A stretch of DNA of 64,000 bases from Ktedonobacterales bacterium (GTDB taxonomy: Bacteria > Chloroflexota > Ktedonobacteria > Ktedonobacterales > DATBGS01), in assembly GCA_036557285.1 (NCBI GenBank), contig DATBHW010000047.1:37001-101000 (forward strand), read 5' to 3'. A program made the translations under genes and the position numbers. This document shows, piece by piece, positions 46,834-55,766 of the stretch (position 1 is its first letter; each line of letters starts with the position of its first letter). The notes under the pieces are model-generated. The model saw only the letters and a list, made by a program, of their open reading frames with translations, ran no database searches and was not told the DNA's origin.

Positions 46834-47850
46834 ATGAAAATCGCCTTGCTCGGGCCGGTCTGCTGGCGCACGCCGCCCGTCCACTATGGCCCCTGGGAGC
46901 AGGTCGTCAGCAACATCGCAGAAGGACTCGTCGCGCGCGGCGTCAATGTCACCCTCTTCGCCAGCGGCGATTCCGAAACGGCGGGCAGGCTCGACGCCAT
47001 CTGCCCCGGCTCCATCTACGAGCATCCCGAACTGGACGGCAAAGTCTACGAATACCTGCACATCGCCCACTGCTACGAGCGCGCCCGCGAGTTCGACCTG
47101 ATCCACAACAATTATGACTATATGGGCCATGCCTGGGCGCGGCTGGTCCCCACGCCCGTACTCACCACCATTCACGGCTTCAGTTCGCCGCGCATCCATC
47201 CGGCCTACCGCGCGTACAATGGCTATGTGAAATACGTCAGCATCAGCGACGCAGATCGGCTCGATGGCCTGGACTACCTCGCCACCGTCTACAACGGCAT
47301 TGACACCACCCGCTTCACCTTCAGCGAACGCCCCGGCGACTCTCTCCTCTTCCTGGGGCGCATCTCCCCCGAAAAGGGGACGCACCTCGCCATCGAGATC
47401 GCCCGGCAGAGCGGCATGCGGCTCATCATCGCCGGAATCATCCAAGACCAGGAATATTTTGACACCCTGGTGCAGCCCTTCGTGGACGGTCGGCAGATTG
47501 ACTATATCGGCCCTGTCGGCCCCCAGGACCGCAACAAACTGCTCAGCAGCGCCTATGCCCTGCTGCACCTCGTCACCTTCCGCGAACCCTTTGGCCTCAC
47601 CATGATCGAAGCGGGCGCGTGCGGCCTGCCGGTCATTGCCACGCCGCTGGGGTCCGTCCCCGAAATCATCAAGGATGACCTCAACGGCCTCATCGTTCCC
47701 GACGCCGAAACCGCCGTCGCCAGGCTGCCCGACATCCTGAAGATTGATCGCGCCACCTGTCGCCGCCACGTCGAGCAGCACTTCAGTCTGGACGCCATGA
47801 TAGACGGCTATCTGAGCGTCTACGAGCGGATGCTCTCTGAGCGGGGGTAG
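46834..47850 (+). CDS. Glycosyltransferase family 4 (GT-B fold)
   Basis: MKIALLGP... N-terminus and the EPFGLTMIEAGACGLPVIAT (E-x7-E region) motif. The start is uncertain (ATGs at 46792, 46819 and 46834). Confidence 0.85.
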   Translation: MKIALLGPVCWRTPPVHYGPWEQVVSNIAEGLVARGVNVTLFASGDSETAGRLDAICPGSIYEHPELDGKVYEYLHIAHCYERAREFDLIHNNYDYMGHAWARLVPTPVLTTIHGFSSPRIHPAYRAYNGYVKYVSISDADRLDGLDYLATVYNGIDTTRFTFSERPGDSLLFLGRISPEKGTHLAIEIARQSGMRLIIAGIIQDQEYFDTLVQPFVDGRQIDYIGPVGPQDRNKLLSSAYALLHLVTFREPFGLTMIEAGACGLPVIATPLGSVPEIIKDDLNGLIVPDAETAVARLPDILKIDRATCRRHVEQHFSLDAMIDGYLSVYERMLSERG

Positions 47851-47856
47851 CAGCCA

Positions 47857-48447
47857 TTATCGGAACAAACGCGCCACCGGATACGTAAAGCCAGGCACAA
47901 CATCCAACCCATCCAGCATATCGTTCACGCCCAGCGTCTGCACCGGCTTTTCCGCGCCGGGCCGCCAGACTTCAACCTGCTTCGATTTCGGCCAGATCAG
48001 CCAGACCAACGGCACCCCAACCGCCAGCCACTGGCGCGCCCGCGCCTCCATCTTTGGCCGCGACTCGCTGGGGGAAACCACCTCAACCACCAGATCAGGC
48101 GCAAGCTGCCAGAACTCATCCCAGGCCGCCGTTCCCGGCTGGGGCAGGCGATCCGTCCGCACAAACGCCAGATCAGGCGCAAGCACCGTGTCGCGCTTGC
48201 CAGGCGGGTTCACCTTGTAACCTGCCTGAGAAAGTGTACATTCACCCAGGTTATGCGCCTCTACAAAAGCCCCAAGCCCTACATGCAGCCGCGAGGCAAT
48301 CGTATCATGGCCGCCTCCAGTCGGTGGCATCTTCGCCAATCTCCCTTCGACCAGCTCATATTTCCACCCGTCATTGGGCAGGCGTGCCAGATCCTCCGCT
48401 GTCATAAAGACCCCGGTTTCCGCGATAGTCTCTGAGTCTTGCGCCAT
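47857..48447 (-). CDS. Uma2-family (DUF820) endonuclease-fold protein
   Basis: 196 aa. YELVEGRL..MPPTGGGH, APDLAFV, and APDLVVEVVSPS motifs typical of Uma2. Confidence 0.85.
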   Translation of the reverse strand: MAQDSETIAETGVFMTAEDLARLPNDGWKYELVEGRLAKMPPTGGGHDTIASRLHVGLGAFVEAHNLGECTLSQAGYKVNPPGKRDTVLAPDLAFVRTDRLPQPGTAAWDEFWQLAPDLVVEVVSPSESRPKMEARARQWLAVGVPLVWLIWPKSKQVEVWRPGAEKPVQTLGVNDMLDGLDVVPGFTYPVARLFR

Positions 48448-48565
48448 AGGGAGCGCCTCCCTTCAGCCTTGCGTGCAGAGCAGACAGTACAGTCTACCAC
48501 CAGCATATCACAACGTCCGCCGCGAGCGAAGCGCATCAACTAAAGAAGCGTCCTGGCAAGTTGCC

Positions 48566-50038
48566 TCAACAGTGCCGCCGGGAGGGCAGATCGCGCTTAT
48601 CAGGCACATCATCAATGAAGGTCTGGGCAAACTCCATAAAGCGATAGACATCTGCAAACGTTGTCGCCAGCCCCAGCGAGACCCGCACCGCTCCACCGCT
48701 TTGCAGCCCCATCGCCGTCAGGAAATCATCATACGGTGGCCGCTCCTGGCGCGCGAAGTTTTGCACCACCGCATCTTTTGAGACGCCAAAGGCCATTTCC
48801 CCCGCCCCCGGATTACAGAAACAGCCGGTACGCAACGACAGGTGATAGCTGTTGGCCCGCCGATCCACCACGCGCTCATCCACCACCTTGCCGCTGGGGT
48901 CGAAGAAGTTCAGCGCAATCGTGCCGCCGCGCATCTGGCAATCACGCGGCCCGTAGACCTGCGCCAGCGGCGCGCCGTTGCTGTGGCGCAGCGCAAGCAG
49001 ATGCTCGATCAGCCAGCCCGTCAGGCACAGCACGCGGGCATGAATCGTCTCGACGCCGATAGACTGAATGTGCTTCAGCCCGATCTCGATAGCCGGAAGA
49101 CTGAGATAATTGATCGTACCATCCTCAAAAGCCGCCTCGTCATCCGCCATGAACAGCCGCTCGCTCTCCACCGAAACCGCCCAGATGCTGCCACCGGCAA
49201 ACCAGGGGCGTTGCAGTTTCGCCACCGCCGCCTTGCGCGCAATCAAACAGCCAATGCCGGTAGGATAGCCAAAGATTTTATAGAAAGAGAGCGGCACAAA
49301 ATCAGGATGGCGCCTGCTCAAATCAAACGTATTGGTCGGGACGAAAGCCGCGCCATCCACCAGTACATCCCAGCCGCGCTCATGCGCCCGCTCAATCCAT
49401 TCCAGCGGATGCTGGACGCCAGAGAAATTGGACTGAGCCGGATACGCAAAGAGGCGCGGACCGCCGCCTGCGGGCTGGTCGAGCGCCGCAAAGAGTTCAG
49501 CCTCATCCACCCGCAGTTCCGGCGGCACAACCGACACATAGGTGACAGCCGCGCCGCGCGCCCGCGCAAACTCCCGAATGCCATTGACCGAATTATGGTT
49601 GTCGTAGGTGAGCAGGTACTGGCTCTCAGCCGTAAACGGGTAGGACTCGCCCACCAGCTTGAGCGCCCCGCTGGCGTTGGAAGTAAAGGCTACCAGATAT
49701 TCTTCCGGCGAAGCGTGGAAATACTCCAGCACACAGGCGCGCGCCTGTTCGGCCAGTTCAGTCGCCGCGCGCGAGGTTGGATTATCCGAATGCGGGTTGC
49801 CAAAGACATGCTGGCTCAGCAACTCCAGATGCGCCCGCAGTTGGCGCTCAGCGTACAACCCACCGCCCGTATAGTCGAGGTAAATCTGCCCCTCTTTGTC
49901 CAGCCGGGCATACTCCGTCGCCCGCAGGTCATCCAGCAAGCGCGTGCTGTCATACGCCGGGTAGCGCCGACGGAACGCCTCCAGCGCAGCATCCATCTGC
50001 ACCCTATTGGAGCGAAGTGAAGTCACGTTGCGAGCCAT
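48566..50038 (-). CDS. Aminotransferase class V-fold PLP-dependent enzyme (cysteine desulfurase / MOSC-N-terminal-like)
   Basis: YLDYTGGGLY, FTSNASGALKLV, and LSFYKIFGYPTGIGCL (PLP-Lys context). Start at the internal ATG (MARNVTSL) with a GGGAGGA RBS. Confidence 0.8.
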   Translation of the reverse strand: MARNVTSLRSNRVQMDAALEAFRRRYPAYDSTRLLDDLRATEYARLDKEGQIYLDYTGGGLYAERQLRAHLELLSQHVFGNPHSDNPTSRAATELAEQARACVLEYFHASPEEYLVAFTSNASGALKLVGESYPFTAESQYLLTYDNHNSVNGIREFARARGAAVTYVSVVPPELRVDEAELFAALDQPAGGGPRLFAYPAQSNFSGVQHPLEWIERAHERGWDVLVDGAAFVPTNTFDLSRRHPDFVPLSFYKIFGYPTGIGCLIARKAAVAKLQRPWFAGGSIWAVSVESERLFMADDEAAFEDGTINYLSLPAIEIGLKHIQSIGVETIHARVLCLTGWLIEHLLALRHSNGAPLAQVYGPRDCQMRGGTIALNFFDPSGKVVDERVVDRRANSYHLSLRTGCFCNPGAGEMAFGVSKDAVVQNFARQERPPYDDFLTAMGLQSGGAVRVSLGLATTFADVYRFMEFAQTFIDDVPDKRDLPSRRHC

Positions 50039-50134
50039 AGGCATCCTCCCATTCATCAAAAGTAGCTCTTTCCTCTAGTATGCCTGATAGCCGCCGTTTT
50101 GGCTAGGGGCAAGATGAGATGGAAGCTAAACTTA

Positions 50135-50376
50135 GGTTCTACCAAATCTGAGGTGTTGGCAAGCGAGGAGTGTTACTTGTAGCGCCGCCGTCCCTGGCGG
50201 CCACTTGTAGCGCCGCCATCTTGGCGGCCAGCGTTAGCCCGCCGGAACGCTGGCCCCAAGGGCGAACGCTCGCCCTGGCGCAGCGGTGGGCCGCCTGGAA
50301 GGCGGCGCTACAAGTGGGCGCTCGCCAGGGCGCAGCGGTGGCCGCCTGGAAGGCGGCGCTACAAGTGGCCCCGAAC
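50135..50376. repeat. Family-A repeat cluster
   Basis: Left terminus GGTTCTACCAAATCTGAGGTGTTGGCAAGCGAGGAGTGTTAC. The right end is truncated (…CTACAAGTGGCCCCGAAC). The flanks share only AACTTA. Confidence 0.8.
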
Positions 50377-50380
50377 TTAT

Positions 50381-50415
50381 AGATACTTGACGAAGTATCT
50401 GGTGAATGTTATAAT
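50381..50415 (+). promoter_or_regulatory. Promoter of XRE copy B (TTGACG-17 nt-TATAAT) with overlapping palindromic operator
   Basis: TTGACG at 50387-50392 and TATAAT at 50410-50415. Perfect palindrome AGATACTT-GACG-AAGTATCT at 50381-50400 spans the -35. Confidence 0.65.
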
Positions 50416-50450
50416 CTCTCGTAGAATCATCCTAGCGAGGAGCCTTTCCG

Positions 50451-50684
50451 ATGCCCACCTTACGAGACTTGCGTGAAGAAGCGTTTATGACGCAAGTAGA
50501 CCTTGCGAAAGCGTGCGGCGTAAGCAGTGCCAGCATTAGCGACTGGGAAAATGCGAAGTCTGCCCCGTCCATGAAAAATCGTCGCAAGCTCATGGAGGCG
50601 CTGGGGAAGACGCCGCACGAGATTATGGAGGCAATCCGTGAAACCCAGAGAAAGGGGAGCCAAAGAGAAAGGCCCGCCGCCTAA
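50451..50684 (+). CDS. XRE-family helix-turn-helix transcriptional regulator, module copy B
   Basis: 77 aa. MPTLRDLREEAFMTQVDLAKACGVSSASISDWE. Shares its N-terminus and the C-terminal ...ERPAA* with copy A and the remnant. Confidence 0.85.
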   Translation: MPTLRDLREEAFMTQVDLAKACGVSSASISDWENAKSAPSMKNRRKLMEALGKTPHEIMEAIRETQRKGSQRERPAA

Positions 50685-50741
50685 CTGAATCTTAGACGGC
50701 AGGCAAAAGTACCAGCCCGTAGGAAACCCGTTGAAAGGAAC

Positions 50742-50782
50742 CCCATACGCCGGTAGGACCATTGTACTCGCTGGCGTATGGG
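50742..50782. promoter_or_regulatory. Conserved inverted repeat / stem-loop in the XRE-wHTH spacer (copy B), with embedded minus-strand TTGCCA-18-TACAAT
   Basis: CCCATACGCC (50742-50751) pairs with GGCGTATGGG (50773-50782). Two base pairs differ from copy A in a compensatory way. Minus-strand TTGCCA (plus 50785-50790) and TACAAT (plus 50761-50766). Confidence 0.6.
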
Positions 50783-50811
50783 CATGGCAAGTCACGAAAG
50801 GAGCCATGCTC

Positions 50812-51177
50812 ATGTCGTCAACCACGCCCTTTGATGGCAGCCTCTTCGATTTCACCCTGCGCTATCAGCGCACCCCTGGCGCGCAATATCATGTACGCCC
50901 CCTCTCGCTCTTGCAGCAAGAAATGCTTTATCGCTGTGATGGGCGCGTCACCATCGCCGATTTGTCCGACGCGACGAAATACACCCACCCAGAAATCCGT
51001 AATATCCTCAGCTTTCTCAGCGCACACGGCCTCGTGCAAACCATCTTTGTGAAGCAGGATGCTTCACTCAAACCGGAAGCCTGGCTGTTCAAGCCGCCTG
51101 CTCAGCAGCAGATCGGTAACACGCCAACGCAGCCTCTCCCCCAACAACAGCCGCCTGCTCGCATCCGCGCTTCCTGA
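50812..51177 (+). CDS. Small winged-helix-like protein, module copy B
   Basis: MSSTTPFDGSLFDFTLRYQRTPGAQYHVRPLSLLQQEMLYRCDGRVTIADLSDATKYTHPEIRNILSFLSAHGLVQT. The C-terminus is Q/P-rich and unrelated to copy A. Conserved AAAGGAG RBS. Confidence 0.7.
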   Translation: MSSTTPFDGSLFDFTLRYQRTPGAQYHVRPLSLLQQEMLYRCDGRVTIADLSDATKYTHPEIRNILSFLSAHGLVQTIFVKQDASLKPEAWLFKPPAQQQIGNTPTQPLPQQQPPARIRAS

Positions 51178-51326
51178 ACAGCCTGAATTGGCAGCGCAAG
51201 CGCATACAGTAGCACAGGGCAAGATGGGTAATCTTGCGCATGACCACGCCGCGCCGATCAAGTATCATTGCTGCTGTGCGGCGACCACCACGGGCCGCGA
51301 GAGAGAAAGATAGGAAAGGAATACCT

Positions 51327-52163
51327 GTGCAGGAACAGCAACCACCAACCCAGACCTACGCCCTGGGACACGCCCCCAAAGAGATTCAGCGGTTACTCGT
51401 ACAAGGTCAGATGATCAACCCATTCACACAGCACATGCTGAAAGAAGCTGGCATTACTACAGGGATGAACGTGCTGGACCTGGGCTGCGGCCCTGGCGAG
51501 GTCAGCCTGATCGCCGCTGAACTGGTAGGCGCAACCGGCAGCGTCCTGGGCATTGATACGAACCCTGACGTGCTGCAACTGGCACACGCCCGCGCTCAGG
51601 ACGCTGGCTTCAAGCACGCCTCCTTCCTGGCCTCAGACATCCGCGAACTGGCCCTGGACCAGGAATATGATGCCATCGTGGGTCGGCTCATCTTGTTGTA
51701 TCTGCCGGAACGTCTCGCCATCTTGCGCCGCCTCACGCAGCACCTGCGGCCCGGCGGAGTTGTCGCCTTCCAGGAATACGATATGGCTGGCGCCGCCGAT
51801 ACCACCCTGCCACACTCCCCCTTCTTTGAGCAAGTCTGGACCTGGATGACGCAAGCCTTCCAACGGGCTGGAGTAGAGATACGGATGGGGATGAAACTCC
51901 ACAGCACATTCCTGGAGGCCGACTTACCTGCCCCACACCTGCGCCACGAGGCCGACATTGGCGCTGGACCAGACTGGCTGGGCTACGAGGTGCTCGCCAA
52001 CGTGGTGCGCGCGCTCCTGCCGCTGATCGTGAAGTTTGGGATAGCGACCGCCGAGGAAGTGGACATCGAAACCCTGGCTGACCGCCTACGCGAGGAGATC
52101 GTCAGCCACAACGGCGTTGCCCGTTCCCCAGCCCTCATCTCGGCCTGGGTCCGCAAGAGCTAG
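51327..52163 (+). CDS. Class I SAM-dependent methyltransferase
   Basis: Motif I VLDLGCGPGEVS and post-I GIDTNPDVL. GTG start after an AAAGGA RBS. The track ORF begins at 51234. Confidence 0.8.
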   Translation: MQEQQPPTQTYALGHAPKEIQRLLVQGQMINPFTQHMLKEAGITTGMNVLDLGCGPGEVSLIAAELVGATGSVLGIDTNPDVLQLAHARAQDAGFKHASFLASDIRELALDQEYDAIVGRLILLYLPERLAILRRLTQHLRPGGVVAFQEYDMAGAADTTLPHSPFFEQVWTWMTQAFQRAGVEIRMGMKLHSTFLEADLPAPHLRHEADIGAGPDWLGYEVLANVVRALLPLIVKFGIATAEEVDIETLADRLREEIVSHNGVARSPALISAWVRKS

Positions 52164-52169
52164 CATGCC

Positions 52170-52325
52170 GCGCAACACCACTTGCCGCACCGCCTTCCTG
52201 GCGGCCACTTGTAGCGCCGCCATCCTGGCGGCTCAACGTTGGCCCGCCGGGACGCTGGCCTGGAGGGCGAACGCTCGCCAGGGCGCAGCGTTGGCCGCCA
52301 GGATGGCGGCGCTACAGGTGGGGTT
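52170..52325. repeat. Family-A repeat filling the gap between two convergent genes
   Basis: CCACTTGCCGCACCGCCTTCCTGGCGGCCACTTGTAGCGCCGCCATCCTGGCGGC ... GCCGCCAGGATGGCGGCGCTACAGGTGG. Confidence 0.85.
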
Positions 52326-53120
52326 TCAGTGTCTCCAAGTCGTCGCCTCAATCGCCGACATCTTGCCCTTATTCGCCAGCGCCAGCTTCAGCGCCGCCGC
52401 GTGCGCCGCCTCTTCGGCCTTGTTGTCCAGCGCGGACAGCGCGATTGGCCCGCCATAGCGATGCTCCAGCCCGACCTTGATCAGATAATCAGTAAACCAG
52501 GGGTTCTTCGGCAGCACCGGCCCATGCAGATACGTCCCATAAACGTGCTTATAGATCGCGCCCTCGTAGCCATCTCTGCCGTTATTCCCCCAGCCCGCCA
52601 CCACCTTGCCCAGCGGCTTTGCGTCCGGCCCCAGGTACGTGCGCCCGCTGTGGTTCTCGAAGCCCACCATCACCTGCTGCTGCCCGCTGAAGTCGCACTC
52701 CATCGCCAGATGCGTCATAAATCGCTCGGAGCCGCCTTCCGTCTTCAGGTCCAGCAGACCAATCCCCGGCAGCGGATCGCCCCTGAACGGCCTGTACTCG
52801 TGGCCCAGCAATTGATAGGCGGCGCACACCGCCAGGAACACACTGCCAGCCTCAACTGCATCCTTCAGCGCCGCGCCCTTCTTCAGCAGATCGCGCGCAG
52901 CAAGCTGCATCTCGCGGTCAGCGCCGCCGTGTGACAGAATCAGATCATACTGGCTAAAATCGCTCATCTCACCCACCTCCACCTCGCGCACCTCCGTCTT
53001 GATGCCGCGCCAGTCGCAGCGCCGCTGAATCGAAAAGAGATTGCCGCGATCCCCCGCCACGCTCAGCAGCGACGGGTACAGATGGCAGATACGCAGCGTC
53101 ATATCCTTGAGGTCGGCCAT
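52326..53120 (-). CDS. gatD: Glutamine amidotransferase subunit of lipid II isoglutaminyl synthase (GatD/CobQ-type)
   Basis: 264 aa. Nucleophile context FLAVCAAYQLLG and a C-terminal YLHGP motif. Sits 2 bp downstream of murT, the canonical murT-gatD arrangement. Confidence 0.8.
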   Translation of the reverse strand: MADLKDMTLRICHLYPSLLSVAGDRGNLFSIQRRCDWRGIKTEVREVEVGEMSDFSQYDLILSHGGADREMQLAARDLLKKGAALKDAVEAGSVFLAVCAAYQLLGHEYRPFRGDPLPGIGLLDLKTEGGSERFMTHLAMECDFSGQQQVMVGFENHSGRTYLGPDAKPLGKVVAGWGNNGRDGYEGAIYKHVYGTYLHGPVLPKNPWFTDYLIKVGLEHRYGGPIALSALDNKAEEAAHAAALKLALANKGKMSAIEATTWRH

Positions 53121-53122
53121 TC

Positions 53123-54541
53123 TTATTCCTTCCAGACGTGCGACACCCAGCCGCGCTCGGTCATCGCCCGTCGCAGTTCCAGCGTCGGCGTATAGCCAGC
53201 GAAGATAAAGAGCGAGCCTTGCGGCCCCGCCTTGCGCAAACCGGCCTTCAGCGCCGCCGGGCGATCATGAACCACCTCGATCTTCTCCTCCGGCACGCCC
53301 GCATACTTGAAGCGCATCGCCAGTTCCTCGCCCTTCGTGCCGCCGCATGTCACGCTCAGCAGATCGCGCGCGATCTCCTCAACCTCCACATCCCAGAACC
53401 AGGCAAAGTCCTCGCCATCCACCACTGTATTGCTCGCCGCCACCAGCACATGCTTCTGGCCCGGCCAGCCCTCAATCGTGCGCAGAATCGTATTATACGA
53501 AGTCGGATTCTTGACGAACGAAAGATAGACCGTCTGATCGCCCGCCTGAATCGGCTCCAGCCGCCCAAAGGCAGGCTTCACCTTTGCCAGCCCCAGCGCG
53601 GCCTTATTCAAATCCAGACTCAGCGCGTAGGCCCCGCCAATCGCGCCGGTCACGTTATAGACATTATGAATGCCCACCAGCGGCATCGTCAGCGCCGCCT
53701 CGCCCCCAGGCGTGCGAATGGTTACGGTCGTCGGCCCCTGCGGCCTCATCTCTGCCGCCGTCAGCGCCACATCCAGCCTGGGCCGCGCGTAGCCGCAGTT
53801 GGGGCAGCGATACGCCCCAAGGTGCGAAATATACACCGCCTCATACTCGAAATACTGCTGGCACTTCACACAGCGCACCGTATCCGCCGCGTGTTCGGGG
53901 ACCGTCCCGCCCAGGCCACGCGCCTCCAGCCCAAAGTACAGACGCCGCGCTCGCATATCCGGGGCAAAGTTCGCCACCAGCGGATCATCTCCGTTCAGCA
54001 AGACTGTCGCGGCGGCGGGCAGTTCCCGAATGACGCGCTCCAGCCCGTTTGCCACCTTATACAGTTCACCATAGCGATCCAGTTGATCGCGGAAGATATT
54101 CGTGACCATGACCACATCCGGCTGAAGCTCCGGGATTGCCAGCGGGAATGTTCCCTCGTCCACCTCGAAGACCAGCAGATCGTCGTCCAGTTCGCCGCGC
54201 AGATTCGCCGCGTTGACTGCCACCGTCGTCACGCCTTGCAGCATATTCGCGCCTGTGCGATTCTGCGAGACGCGCAGCCCGTTCGCCAGGCCAGCAGCCC
54301 CGATCATCTGCGAAGTCGTCGTCTTGCCGTTGCTGCCCGTAATGGCAATCTTCTTCGCCTTGCTGGCCCCAATGACCTTGCGCAGCACATCGGGATCGAT
54401 AGCGCGCGCAAGCATACCGGGCAGGCTGGTACCGCCGCCCACCTTCAGCAGACGCCCGGTTGAACCAGCCAGCTTACCCGCGCCCAGCGCCAGCGTCAGG
54501 CGCGGGCGCGGCCCGTTCCTCTTTTTTCCTGTTTCCCGCAT
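53123..54541 (-). CDS. murT: Mur-ligase-family subunit of lipid II isoglutaminyl synthase (MurT)
   Basis: 472 aa. P-loop ITGSNGKTTT, C4 zinc ribbon CVKCQQYF...YRCPNCGY, C-terminal DUF1727-like region. Confidence 0.85.
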   Translation of the reverse strand: MRETGKKRNGPRPRLTLALGAGKLAGSTGRLLKVGGGTSLPGMLARAIDPDVLRKVIGASKAKKIAITGSNGKTTTSQMIGAAGLANGLRVSQNRTGANMLQGVTTVAVNAANLRGELDDDLLVFEVDEGTFPLAIPELQPDVVMVTNIFRDQLDRYGELYKVANGLERVIRELPAAATVLLNGDDPLVANFAPDMRARRLYFGLEARGLGGTVPEHAADTVRCVKCQQYFEYEAVYISHLGAYRCPNCGYARPRLDVALTAAEMRPQGPTTVTIRTPGGEAALTMPLVGIHNVYNVTGAIGGAYALSLDLNKAALGLAKVKPAFGRLEPIQAGDQTVYLSFVKNPTSYNTILRTIEGWPGQKHVLVAASNTVVDGEDFAWFWDVEVEEIARDLLSVTCGGTKGEELAMRFKYAGVPEEKIEVVHDRPAALKAGLRKAGPQGSLFIFAGYTPTLELRRAMTERGWVSHVWKE

Positions 54542-54594
54542 CGTGTCTGGCCCTCATCTCTCTGCCAGGCGGGGATGAGTCGTTTCATCCCAAA

Positions 54595-54915
54595 TCTGCA
54601 TGTGGCGGAGCGTCTTACCTGTAGCGCCGCCATCTTGGCGGCCAACGCTGCGCCCTGGCGAGCGTGCGCCCTCCAGGCCAGCGGACCAGCAGGCCAACGC
54701 TGGCCGCCAAGAAGGGACGCGCGAGCGACCAACGGGAGCGAGGACCTCTCGCTCGACGAGGCATAGCCGAGGCAAGCGGCAGAGACGCGCGAGCGAGGCG
54801 CAGCCGAGCGAGAATGGCCGCGCCCAGCGCGGTCAAGCGGCTCTGGCGAAGCCCTTCCCGAAGGGGGCGGCGCTACAAGTCGAAACCCCAGGCATTCAAC
54901 AGGATTTGGTATCAT
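54595..54915. repeat. Family-A repeat cluster with CGAGCGACCAACGGGAGCGAG...CCCTTCCCGAAGGGG insert variant
   Basis: CTTACCTGTAGCGCCGCCATCTTGGCGGC ... GGGGCGGCGCTACAAGTCGAAACCCCAGGCATTCAACAGGAT. The same insert variant occurs at 9405-9470 and 61530-61610. Confidence 0.85.
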
Positions 54916-55021
54916 CCCCCGCCAAATTGGCAAGGTGAAGATAGCAAGAGCCAGACCAGAGATATACGGAAATCGTGAACGGCTCGATCCCCTCCGGCGA
55001 TGAAAGCCTCCAGGGCAGAAC

Positions 55022-55267
55022 TCAGGTATAGGCGGGCAGCACCCGATTGCGTCTCTGCCCCAGCAGCAGATAGAGCAGCGGGCCAACCACCGGTACCACC
55101 CAGACCAGCACCAGCCAGAGCGTCTTCTCACCACAATTCATTTCATCGCCCAGAATCATAAACGTCAGGACAATCGAGCCAATCACCGGCAAGAGCAGCA
55201 CCAGCAGAAATAAACTGGTGATCGCGCAGCCGCCTGGGCCTTCTCGTGAGGTCGCCATTGCCTCCAC
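55022..55267 (-). CDS. PLD-nuclease N-terminal (PLDc_N) domain small membrane protein
   Basis: 81 aa. Two TM helices and the LWLVLVWVVPVVGPLLYLLLGQRR motif typical of PLDc_N. Confidence 0.7.
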   Translation of the reverse strand: MEAMATSREGPGGCAITSLFLLVLLLPVIGSIVLTFMILGDEMNCGEKTLWLVLVWVVPVVGPLLYLLLGQRRNRVLPAYT

Positions 55268-55339
55268 TCCTTCTCTTCTCTAAGCGCACGCAAACCTGAT
55301 GCACCCTGCGGGCAAGGACCATGCCAGGGGGACGACCAG

Positions 55340-55450
55340 GCTAAGAGCGCCTCACAAAACCTCCGCACGAGCAGGGGCGGGGTTGTAGCGCCGTCCTTCC
55401 AGGCGGCAGGGGTGGGGCCAACCGTCGGTTTGTGAGGCATTCTAAGAGCG
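55340..55450. repeat. Family-B palindromic element (copy 2 of 3)
   Basis: CTAAGAGCGCCTCACAAAACCTCCGCACGAGCAGGGGCGGGGTTGTAGCGCCGTCCTTCCAGGCGGCAGGGGTGGGGCCAACCGTCGGTTTGTGAGGCATTCTAAGAG. Confidence 0.85.
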
Positions 55451-55766
55451 ATGGCAGGGCAGCGCGCGGGCCAGCAAAACAAAAGACGCAATTTGTTCCG
55501 GTACCATTGAGACAACAGTCCTATTTTTGCCCCAAATCCTACACAAGAAACCTGATTTATGGTATGTAATCACTCGGAGCAAATGGACGGACAAGCGCGT
55601 CTTCAATAGAGGGCTGGTCAAATTGGCATTAGAAATGCTTCACCCATGAACTGAAAGCCAGAAAGTCTGGTACATCAGCCTGATACGAAGACTACACGGA
55701 CCCTGTACGGAGCAAGAACACCTGGCCGAACGCCCCACGTTGTTGCCAACTTGAAAGGAAAAAACC

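Noticed and set aside
55335-55455. CTAAGAG sequences flanking the family-B element as a target-site duplication
   Set aside because: The same flanking motif, in inverted orientation, occurs at all three copies. It is therefore part of the element's extended inverted termini, not a duplicated target.
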